Notes under the pieces: generated by a model | Told to the model about the DNA's origin: nothing | Database searches by the model: none | Seen by the model: the letters and a program-made list of their open reading frames with translations, nothing else | Part shown: one piece after another, positions 53,087 to 64,000 of the stretch | Position numbering within the stretch: position 1 is the stretch's first letter | Layout of the letters: each line of letters starts with the position of its first letter | Position numbers and translations under genes: made by a program | Source of the DNA: Chrysomallon squamiferum | Lineage: Eukaryota > Animalia > Mollusca | DNA length: 64,000 bases | Direction of reading: 5' to 3' | NCBI GenBank assembly: GCA_012295275.1 | Contig: CM022666.1 | Coordinates: 11,656,001-11,720,000, forward strand

Positions 53087-54497
53087 ATCTATAGCAGCAG
53101 TTGTAACAGCATTAGCAGAAACAGTAGTAATTATAGTAGAAGCAGCAGTAATTATTATAGAAAAGGTAATAGTACCGATGGTTGTAGTAGTGGTAATAGT
53201 GGTAGTAGTAGTAGTAGCAGTGGTAACAGAAGTTGTGCTTGCAGTAGTATAAGTTGTTTTTGTAGCAATAGTAATAGTAGTAATACTAGTAGTATTGGCA
53301 ATGGTAGTTGTCGCAGTTTCAACAGTAGCTGTTAGTAAGGGTAACTGATAAGAAAAACAAAATTATAATCTACTTAAAATTAGTTTTGACATTACGAAAG
53401 ACAGAGTGACAGGCTTTGAAGTGTTTGCAGCTGTATGTAACTGGGGGAAAACGGAACGATATGCCTTGTCGCAGTGTCGGGTTTGCGTATCAAATGAACT
53501 TTAGAAACAAATTTACAGTGAACTCTTGTATTTCAAAATTAAACTTAATTTGCGTTGACAAAAGGTTGAGGATTTATTATTTTTTTCAATATGTATTTAA
53601 TAAATTCCTTTTTCATTACTCATCTAAACGAGTCATCAACTGAGAATGATAGGGATGACAGCGCGAGAGTGCCGTTTTCGTATTTCCGACAAACAAGATA
53701 ATAATAGCAACAAAATTGGTTCTATCTCTCAGTGAAGTATGTACTGCTATCAAGTTCTTACCTTGGATATTGTTCTCATATTACACGAACCCACGTTTAA
53801 GAGAAGATTAGCTTTAAAAACGGAAAAAATACATTAATTAATTGACATTTCGAAACGATTACTTAACGTACATTTTAATGTTATTTAAGCAACATTTTCA
53901 ATGATGTTTAAAGTTGAAATTTTCATATATTTGGAAATTATAAATGATGTTAAGTAATAAAATTAATGATCTGAATTTGAATCATTTTGTTATCCTGTCC
54001 TTTATTTAATTTGTGGCTGTTTTATTTTTATAAGTGTCGGGGTGGCGGCAGTATTTTTAGTTCTTATTGTTTCATTTTTTATTTATTTTATTTAATTTTA
54101 TTTATTTTATTTTATTTTATTTTATTTTATTTATTTATTTATTTATTTATTTTTTATTTTATTTTTTTTTGGTTGTTTTTCTTTCGTGGATGGGTTTTTG
54201 CTTTTTTCTTATTTTTTTTTTCTACTAAAATACGCACAATAATTATTGTGAAATCTTGGCAGCTCTTTCTATTTGTTAACCTGTCAGTGCTTCCATTATG
54301 ACACTAAAGAAACGAGAACGGAGACACTGTTATTTGGATGAATAGAATAAGAAAAAACTAGAACACGCTTTCATTTATGATTCGTGTTTTTCACAACAGC
54401 CATCAGATACGATAATGAATTTAATTAACAACAGTAAAAGTTAATATCATCTCGTTACAGTCAATTATTTTCTCACTCGACCGATAATTCAGTGCTA

Positions 54498-54566
<69 letters not shown>

Positions 54567-54862
54567 ACACACATATACAAACCTCTGTACACTTTTGGGG
54601 AAAATAATTTTAAAAAAATTAAAATAAATAAATAAATAAAAATACGAAAATGTAAATTATTATTATTATTATTATAAATAAAAGAAAAAGAAAAGAAAAA
54701 GAAAAATTACGTTTCTTTGTATATATATCACATAAGTAGTTAATGTTTATTTAGTAAATCGCATGAGTATTATTGTATTTGAATATCAAAATAATAATCT
54801 TCAAATATTTATGAAGTAGTCACAGCGTTATAAAAGATTCAAATGACAAAATTTATTTTTAT

Positions 54863-54917
<55 letters not shown>

Positions 54918-55099
54918 AAAGCAAATTATAAATGAACGACATATGATCACTGACTACATGCGGGCGTGTAACTAAAATAATTATTATTATCAGCGTTAAT
55001 GTTTTCTCCTCGTCCTACAAGCCATGCAGGTCCGGCTTCAGTGATTCCATAGATGGCTAAACTGTCGAACTATTCATCCGACGGACGGCAAAACTGTTA

Positions 55100-55640
55100 A
55101 CAACGGCGAGGCTAGTTATAGGGCAGTTTAATCCGAAGATGTCAGAGGTCGCTGAGGCACTGTCTTGTGTCATTAAACGCGGACATCAGTACAAAACGCT
55201 ATCATAAATCGTGGCCACTCTCGTCTGCTTCGTGTGGCATCGTGTCCGCATCGCGTGACCTCGCGAGAGCGCGCGCTCAAGTGCCGCGTGCGAGCCTCAC
55301 TCGTAGAAACAAAACAGCAGGCGCGCCGTTTGTAAACATATTTGACATTAAATTTCTCATTTTGTTTAATTTAGAGGTATTTAAATGGTGGTAATTTTTA
55401 ACTGGATGCAGGCGCCGATATCAAGCGGTGAATTCAGGATGGGTCCTTTGATTCATTTTCATTTATTGCTTCCGTGGTGACGAAATTGTAATTGGTCAAT
55501 TTGCAACAATTAGTTTATAGTTATTGTCATTTGGGTTTAGGTCTCTAACGAGTCTCCGATTGGCTGTTAATAGACGGCTATTAGTGCTGGTGGACACTGA
55601 TATATAAAGTGACTAAGACTCCGTGAATTAAAATAATTTA
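55100..55640 (+). promoter_or_regulatory. CpG-rich promoter of the homeobox gene with CCAAT boxes and TATA
   Basis: TATATAAA at 55601-55608, ATTGG at ~55491 and ~55558, CTCGCGAG palindrome at 55260-55267, TAATCC at ~55128. Dense CpG at 55200-55330. Confidence 0.55.
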
Positions 55641-55729
55641 AAAACTGACTAAACACTTTCTTCATACATTCTGTCGTCAAAACAGGACTCGAGTAAAACT
55701 TTTCCTAGAACAATCAACTGTTCGTCATC

Positions 55730-56219
55730 ATGCAGCAACAGAAAGAAGGTAAATTATTTATTTATTTTGTTTAAAAATTTGTTCATTCTAATGAACGTTT
55801 AATATTAACTGATGGATTGAAACAAAATTGCATCTAAAAATATGGAAATGAAATTAAAATTTCTTGATTTCGGAAATTACATATTGATGCATGTTTATAT
55901 TTATACAGACGATATCATTTTTATGGCTATGTGCTTATTATTTGCTTTTTTCCTTTCTTTTTATATTTTTCTGTATTAAACTTTCTTTTCTTTTCTTTTC
56001 TTGTTCATAAAAAAGATTACGAAAGAAATAGAAATCGCTTGGAAAACCTATGTAAGACATGAACTTAAATTTAGGAAGGGAAAGAAAAATAATTATTGTC
56101 ACCAAGGCCCACTAGTTTGATTTTATCAAAGTCCGTGGTTTTTGTTGACTTGATGAAACATTACTAACATACATTAATTATGTATTTCAAACCGAACATC
56201 TTGTAACATTAGGATGTGG

Positions 56220-56259
<40 letters not shown>

Positions 56260-57166
56260 TAATAATAATAATAATAATAATAAATTTAAAAAAACTCATG
56301 AAAGTAATAAACAAGCAAACATATATTCCGTCATATATAGTCGCATAATTTATAGTTAGACTTTCAGTAAATAACCATTTGTGAAATAATATTAAATAAA
56401 TGAGTTGCGATCTTAAAGAGTGAAAAAGTGAATTTCTTTTCAAATTCGTGAATCGGAGAAATTCGATACAACTTGACTTCAAAAGTAAATAAATTAATAA
56501 ATAATAAGCAATAAATAAATAAATAAAAAGTATTATATTCATTTTATCAATAATATTTTACTAACTGAACTAATACAAGGATTAATAAGAAATGGTATTT
56601 CATGTAAAGGCAGTGATATTTTAAACTTGCAGGACAAAAGTATCAATAATTTTATCATTCTGCCTATATACGTAATTAAATGTCTGCATTTTGTTATGTT
56701 ATGTTATGATTTGATATGTTTTATTTAATATATTTTGCGGTCTGGCTTTCGTTAGAATTCTGTTATTATAGCGTTAACTAGTTTTGAATGACAGGTGACT
56801 GGGCGGGCTGCAGGATTAAGAGCACGGACATCTTGAACAATGGGATGGACAACGATGGACATTTGCTGACCATGGGTCAAGGTGTCATTCATCTGCCTGC
56901 ATCACGGTCCAGCTGCAGTTGTTGACTTCTGCTCTCGCCTCGATAGTTGCTATAGTGTACCGTTTCAAAATAACCTGCTTTGTGATATGTTCATCTATGT
57001 CATTATATCGTGACAGTCTCATTTCTAAATTAATTAGAATAATTTCGTGTAAAATTAGATTTCGCAAACACCTAACTACTAATGTTGGTTGAAATAAATA
57101 CTGTAAAAACCATAATAAGGTAGATTTAGTTATAATTTCAAAAAAAAATTCTGATAATGTGGTACG

Positions 57167-57240
<74 letters not shown>

Positions 57241-57370
57241 ACAGATTAATAGTTTGCTTTCTTTCAGGACTTACTTTGATGCCATGGGAACCCGGATATA
57301 AACGAACACTATCATCCGTCAAAACTAAACATTGTGACGCTGTAAACAAAAAACCCAGACACAGGTAAAG

Positions 57371-57419
<49 letters not shown>

Positions 57420-57575
57420 TCACACACACAAACACACACACACAGACACACAGACACAGACACACACACACACACACAGACACACACACACACACACACA
57501 GACACACATACACAAAGATACGTACCGACATACACAGTAACAAATGCAGAGAGACACGAACAGATTTAGATACAG

Positions 57576-57621
<46 letters not shown>

Positions 57622-59876
57622 ATTTAAAATAACAGCAATAGCAAAATAATAATAATAAGAAGAAGAATAACAACAACAACAACGACAACATTAATAATAA
57701 ACTGTTTTTAAAATGTAGTTCTATATATTTTTATATTTTATATTATGCAGAACGACCTTCACCCCGTATCAGCTGGATGAAATGGAAAAGGCTTTTCGTC
57801 GTGCGCCGTACCCGGATGTTGTGACGCGTGATGAACTGGCTCAGAGACTGGATCTTCACGAAACACGAGTTCAAGTTGGTTTTTTACTCAACATCTTTTT
57901 ACAACAATATCTCGTTTTATATGTGATTTCGAAGAATTCTATTAGGAAAAAAAAAATATATATATATATATAATCTGTCGTTCTCCAGGTTTTGTAAATA
58001 AATAAATAAGAAAAAAGTTAAAAGAAGAAGTAGAAGTGTACATATACAATCTAAAAATAACAAAGATAATAGATCCTCTCAACAGGTTATAGAAGATACA
58101 GAGTAAACAACAAGACCAGTGTGAGGGTAATTTTCACATTACGTCTAATGATATTAAATTATTTCTACACCATGCTATTTAGATATGTGACACTTGACAG
58201 AATGGTGGTTATTACAGAACAACTGGACTAATTATCTTGTTGACTCTCATCTTAATGAACTTATTACATGATTAATACATCGCTAGGGGTGCACAAATAT
58301 AAATTCTTCGTAACCCGTTAATGGATTATGCAAAACATAATTGCATAACCTTTTTTTGAAAAAAAAATAAAAAAATAATAAATTTAATTACAATACATAT
58401 AATAATAAGGATTATGATTGAAATAAATTAATTAATTCAGTCATAAAGAAGTTCTTTATTATTTAAAAAAAGCTTAAGATTTCAAACAGCATTTCGTCAT
58501 GTTCCGCGGAAAATCCTCAGTAACACTCGCTCTCTACGAATCGTATTATTCCTTCGTTTTTCTTTTTTCGTAATAAAGTTTAAGTTAATTTACATTCACA
58601 ACTAAAACGTGATAGTGTTATGCTATCGATAATTACTGTGTCTTTGATAAATTGAGATGTGTAATTAGTCATTTGTTACATTGTTAAAATAAATATCGAA
58701 GAAAAGTGGACATTCTAAATGGTGCCAAATGCGTTCCAAATCTTGCGTCCATACAAGGAAAAGATATTCAAATAGGTAAAAATATTTAGAGCAACTTTTC
58801 ATTTCTTTACCCATTCCAAAGAAAAATATTATGGTTCCATTGTTAGACTCGTATTAAAAATATTAATGTTGATCTGCATCCATTTCCAGTATGAAAACAA
58901 CTCCCGAAATTACAGCTTTTTAGTTAACAAGATCAAGTTTCGTTGTTGATTTCACTGGGATAACTTACGCACCATTGACAAGTATTGTTCGAGTAGCAAT
59001 GCAACAATACTGAACATGAAAGAATGTCTGTTACTCAGTGGCCAACACTGTGGACGTAGTGAATGAAATTTTAATTTCAACAATGAGCCAAATATCGTTC
59101 AGCACAGCACAAAATCTGCGCGAACGGAAACTGCTGCAGATGCTGGATATATCGGTGAATTCGAAGTGCAGACGTCGTTGCCAAAACGATATAAAAATTT
59201 CTGGATGATTAGGTCTTGTAACAGCATTTTCTCAAAGTGGTTGGAATTGTTATTTATTATAATTACATCTGTGAAGCTTTTTATTTTTATTTTTTCCTTT
59301 TTCTGGTCTGTCTTTGTGACAAATATGCTGCGTAGATAAAGTACCTAGTTTCTTGATCTTCTTATTTATTTATTTTCACATACAATCTCATTCTCTTTTT
59401 TTTTTATTACAGGTCTGGTTTCAAAATCGGCGTGCAAAGTGGCGAAAAGGGGTGTCGCCTTCTGTAAAAGCAGAGAATGACACAGGTATAATTTTGATAT
59501 AGTGTCTGGTTTAATTACAGTATAGTATTATTAAGTTTACAAACGTGAAAAAATCACCATCAGTTTATTTTATAATTAATAAATAAATAAATTTATTTCA
59601 GTAGATGGGAGCACGAAAATGGAACCAATAAAAATGTCGGAAGGATCTGAATCAAGTGAGCAAGCGATCTCTGCACCAGCCAGTGAGTGGAACCGCTGGG
59701 CGTTTCCAGGACGCTATGTCTGGTACGCTGGGTGGATGCCTGGTTCCTCGCCATACTCATGGACACACCCGTCTCCTGGCTTAATTTTCTCAAAGACTCA
59801 TGACGCGTGCAGTTACGTTCGCAGTAAATCAGAATCTAAGAAAGAATGTGCGGATTCTCGGCCATGTGTCACGTGA
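55730..59876 (+). CDS. PRD-class (paired-like, Q50) homeobox transcription factor, ~224 aa, family unassigned
   Basis: Exons 55730-55748, 56795-56881, 57268-57364, 57751-57874, 59413-59485, 59602-59876 (675 nt). Homeodomain [47 protein letters not shown]|[12 protein letters not shown], with the PRD-typical intron between codons 46 and 47. The first two exons are less certain. Confidence 0.88.
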
Positions 59877-60036
59877 CTTTTCTGACACATATCTATTAAT
59901 TAATTCCATGTACATGTATGTAAAATATTTAAAGAATAAATCAGGCTGTTAGTCCAGAAGACAATTTCTTGTTAAAAGTCCATAATGTAGATAAACTAAG
60001 CAATATTAATAAATAAATAAATGAAAAGTAAGTAAG

Positions 60037-60071
<35 letters not shown>

Positions 60072-60516
60072 AACAAATAAATAAAATCGTAGTATAACAA
60101 ACTGTGTTTATCAGGAACTGATATCTCAAAATGAGTATCAGTGTCCCAAATGCGCTTAGGGAAATTTGTTTCAGGCGAATATTTCGTGCATAGCATCTTG
60201 TAATCTCTTACAGCTGTACATACTAACAAATATTTCAAATATTAATTTAAACAAAAATGTGAAAAATTGTACCAAGTTAGTAAGTATATTATACAAATAT
60301 TGAGCTAGTCTGCACTTAAAGGTATATTATGCAATGCATATCATGACACTGTTTTTAGGTTTTTTTTCATTTTCTTCCTATTATTATTTTCTTTCTTTCT
60401 CACTGTTTTTGATGGGATGACGAAATTTCGATAAAAGAACATGAACATCGCTGAAACATGTTAGCTAAATTATACACCAGCGTTGTTGTATTCATTTAAC
60501 TGAGACAGTTTGTACA

Positions 60517-60566
60517 TCCTCAGAAACCTCACCTGGAAGATCGGTGTTCAATTCCCAGTCGGGGAG
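60517..60566 (+). pseudogene. Degenerate tRNA-Asp-like 3' half (tRNA relic or SINE head)
   Basis: TCACCTGGAAGATCGGTGTTCAATTCCCAGTCGGGGAG resembles the variable loop, T-arm and acceptor end of eukaryotic tRNA-Asp. The D-arm is missing, so it cannot fold into a cloverleaf. Confidence 0.35.
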
Positions 60567-61131
60567 AATCCACTTTTTACATGAATACTGGTATTTTCTG
60601 AAGGAAGTTATTAACACTATAACGATCACATTTTCGTATATTTAATTACGATGGAGAAAGTAAACAATGTTTCAATGACTGTCACTGAAACAGTTTCAGA
60701 AATATGATAAATATGATATCGTAAAAGATATCGAAAATCTAGAGCTTTCAAAGATAAAAATATATGTAATTATTACAGTTGTCATCTCTACTGTATAAAT
60801 ATTTAACAATGATACATTTTCATAATAACGGTTATTAGATGTTATTCATACATTTCTTGTAATAGTAACAATAATAATAATAATAAAAGAAAACAAATAT
60901 ATAAATAAAATTTTTAAATATTAAATTTATTACTGAACGTCAATGCAAATATCTATTTCCTTTCAAAGATAATTTGAACGCAACAGTTAATAAATACGGC
61001 TTTGAATGTTTTTATTTCGAACGACGTTAAATACAGAATGTGTGTACACGTTCGTAGTTTTATATAAAAAACGTTACAAATATGAATTCTAAGACAAAAT
61101 AAATAAATAAATAAAATATAATAATAATATA

Positions 61132-61887
61132 CAGGTAGCGAACCATTTATTCCGCAAGCTTGGGACTGGAGGTGCTCTGGGTTTCTGGATTTGCCTGATT
61201 TCTAGATACATACCAAACACATACTTCTTTTTTAATCCATTAAAAATCTTAAGTTACCCATAGAGGATAGGATCTATAATAAATCGGATGAAAATTAAAC
61301 GAAGAAAAGAAAGAACATAATTTTAGATACTACTAAATACACACTTCTTTTTTAATCCATTAAAAATCTTAAGTAAACGGATGAAAATTAAACGAAGAAA
61401 AGAAAGAACATAATTTTAGATACTACTAAATACACACTTCTTTTTTAATCCATTAAAAATCTTAAGTTACCCATAGAGAATAAGATCTAAAATAAATCGG
61501 ATGAAAATTAAACGAAGAAAAGAAAGAAAATAATTTTATTTAAACGATATCTGTACAAATTAATACACTTTTTAAAACACTTAAATTTCTTACAATATCA
61601 TGTATAATATATCAAATGAAAATTAAATAAATAAAAACAAAAAACATAATTTAATTTGACGGGTATAATGACTTCTGTGACAGATTTACCTCTGCACAGC
61701 AACAGTCTCACTCAAACCGTTCAACGTGTACGTCACGGAAACGACTTATGCAGCAAGTGGCGACTTAGCGTGACTAATTTAAAAGTAGTCCTTTGATAAT
61801 AATAATAATAATAATAAATAATTGCCGGTTTTCTGGATTTTCCGTATTTCCGGATTTCCGGATGCCAGATAAATGGTTCGGTACCTG
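61132..61887. mobile_element. Non-autonomous Tc1/mariner-superfamily (pogo/Tigger-like) element, 756 bp, TA target duplication
   Basis: TIRs CAGGTAGCGAACCATTTATT and, from the right end, reverse complement CAGGTACCGAACCATTTATC (18/20). TA on both flanks (61130-61131, 61888-61889). Subterminal CCGGATTT repeats and an internal ~120-bp triplication at ~61220-61535. Confidence 0.85.
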
Positions 61888-62312
61888 TAATACCAATATT
61901 AATGTAACTACTATTAAGTAATAATTAAACAAAAGAAATAAATCAATAGTTTCAAAACAGGCACTCTTCATGTAAGAATTAGTAAGGCAAATTCAGTTCA
62001 CTTAACGACAATTATAACGACAGGTAATGAGTTGTAACAAGATAAAAGATAATATAAACAAATGATTATTTGGTTTAATAAAAGTATGCGTCGAAAAATA
62101 ATATTTAAAAAGATTGAAATCTGTTTAATGGCCTATGCATTTATGTATATATTGCAACTATCAGTTTGCGATTATTATAAAGAAAATATATTTCCTTTTA
62201 TTGTGAAAAACAACAAGTGTATGTAAAATAGATAAGTTAAACATAGTTTTGAATTACATTAACTACAGCAGAAAACGATGTTTACAATGTAAAAATATTG
62301 CCCTGGCAATTA

Positions 62313-63278
62313 TCAAACTGCTTTTTTTCCTCTGATGCCGGGCTGTGGGACCATCTGCCATTTTGATGCTTCGCCAAATAGTTTTCCTATGGTCCCTCGA
62401 TTTTTCTTTATATTGCGAAGTGCTGAAGCAGACCCAGCACGAGGGGGCGGTTTGGGATCTCCTGGAAGTCGATCACCCTCGTACATAAGGCGTGACATTC
62501 TGCCTCCCTTGTCAAGGTTTGCTTGCTCAGAACCTTCGGCTTTAACTCTTGGTTCTGGTCTACCGGACACAGGCAACGTCCCGTAATTTTTAAACAGATT
62601 GTTTATACGCTGACCTTTGTTCAGTTCGGCGATTTCCGCTGCTTCTGGTTTGACGCGGGGTACACCACGAGAGGACCGAGGAGTTTCTCCGTATCGTCCC
62701 ATAACCTTTCCCATCTGTGCACCTGCACCGAGTACTGCATTACTCAAACCTTCCTCTCTTATTCTCGCCTGCGGTTTCGGAGTCTCCGGGATTTCCTTTG
62801 GGTCGTGTAATAAATTTTTCATCCTGCCTCCAAGGTCTAACGATGCACTGACTTCCCCTTCGCCTTTCACGCGGAGAGGGGGACGACTCGAAGTGGGAAG
62901 TTGTCCATATTTATTAAAAAGATTAGCCACCTCTTTTCCCTTATTGACTTCCGCGATTTCTTCAGCTTCGGGTTTAACCCGTGGAGCTGGATTATATTCT
63001 GCTGCTGGTGGCCCAGTTTGTGACTGTCCATGTGCGAGCAGTGATCCCACATTCCCTGTCCTACCAAGTTCATAATTACGCCTTGCACTGTCTGATGGGC
63101 ATTTTGGTCCTGGCGGTGGGGGGATCTCAGGCCCAGGATTGCTTGGATCAAATAGATTTATGCATCCTTTGTGTTTTCTAGCGAACTCTTCTGCTTCCGG
63201 TTTGATTCGAGCTGCAGGACGTGGAGTAACGTATGATGGATCATATCCAGGATAGGGATTCGCTTTATCTGCCACCAT
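62313..63278 (-). CDS. Uncharacterised 321-aa Pro/Gly/Arg-rich protein composed of ~36-aa repeats
   Basis: Long ORF in AT-rich surroundings with a splice acceptor 4 nt before the ATG. Repeats of PRVKxE(A/G)xxxAxxxxGxxxxxLFxxxxxxP are conserved at the protein level but diverged at the DNA level. Confidence 0.85.
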   Translation of the reverse strand: MVADKANPYPGYDPSYVTPRPAARIKPEAEEFARKHKGCINLFDPSNPGPEIPPPPGPKCPSDSARRNYELGRTGNVGSLLAHGQSQTGPPAAEYNPAPRVKPEAEEIAEVNKGKEVANLFNKYGQLPTSSRPPLRVKGEGEVSASLDLGGRMKNLLHDPKEIPETPKPQARIREEGLSNAVLGAGAQMGKVMGRYGETPRSSRGVPRVKPEAAEIAELNKGQRINNLFKNYGTLPVSGRPEPRVKAEGSEQANLDKGGRMSRLMYEGDRLPGDPKPPPRAGSASALRNIKKNRGTIGKLFGEASKWQMVPQPGIRGKKAV

Positions 63279-63386
63279 GATCCTGTCAAATAAATTAGAA
63301 ATAAGTAAATGTTGTGAACATCTGAATCTGTTTGTTTATAGATGTGTGTTCGAATGCGTAGGTGTGAGGGTCCGCACCTGTATCAC

Positions 63387-63419
<33 letters not shown>

Positions 63420-63730
63420 AATTGGTTAAATGTAGAATGAGATACAACAATTTTCACCAGATCGCCGAACTATTAACACTGGAAAAAATCACGGAAAAGC
63501 AGTATTATTTTAACTTACAGAACTTTATGAAAAATCCAAAAAGAGCACGTCACGTCAGAGCAAAAATGTGTGGAAATGTTTTGAAATGTCTTAAATTTTC
63601 TAACAATCCATTTTTACAATGTTTATATATATATATATATATATGTATATATAGGTACGCACACATATATATGTGCGTGTTTATATGTATGTATGTGTGC
63701 ATGTGTATGTATATGTATATGTATATGTAT

Positions 63731-63761
<31 letters not shown>

Positions 63762-64000
63762 CGCGTGCGTTTGTATGTATCTTTGTATATATGTATGTAT
63801 GTATATTTTTATAGATTTTGGGAACGGATATTTTCTACACGACTTTCTTTTTAAATAGGTTTTGAAATCTCTTGGATTTGTCCAGGAAGTGCATTTGTGC
63901 ACGCTTCTGAATACTTCTGTAAATAATTTTAAAATGTTTTATGCAAGCCTATATGAATAACAGCCACAGAATACTCCTCCCTCCGAAAACACTGCACCCA

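Noticed and set aside
62335-63181. Plus-strand ORFs overlapping the 321-aa gene, and the antisense ORFs over 27.2-28.3 kb
   Set aside because: Antisense shadows of real coding sequence.

Overview
AT-rich, microsatellite-dense eukaryotic DNA. The gene content and MITE types suggest a spiralian invertebrate, probably a mollusc (inference). I reconstructed nine genes by hand from GT-AG junctions. (1) IQCG/DRC9 (-) and (2) RPL35A (+) are head-to-head on a promoter of under 100 bp. (3-5) Three related single-pass membrane proteins share an unrecognised 'F(Y/F)xDxxN(M/K)Ax(F/Y)xVLP...C' juxtamembrane/TM module; two have tiny ectodomains and long tails, one carries WSC and C-type-lectin domains. (6) A two-TM NIT-domain guanylate cyclase (-) lacks the catalytic Asn and has RFX X-boxes upstream. 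(7) A divergently oriented class A peptide-type GPCR (+) has a 1-nt frameshift and a satellite starting at its stop codon. (8) A PRD-class Q50 homeobox gene (+). (9) An uncharacterised protein (-) built of 36-aa repeats. The window also holds three minisatellite arrays (47, 33 and 28 bp units), several hAT-like and pogo/Tigger-like MITEs, and a CpG-depleted to CpG-retaining transition near 11.5 kb. Most ORFs in the supplied track are microsatellite artefacts. No database searches were run.
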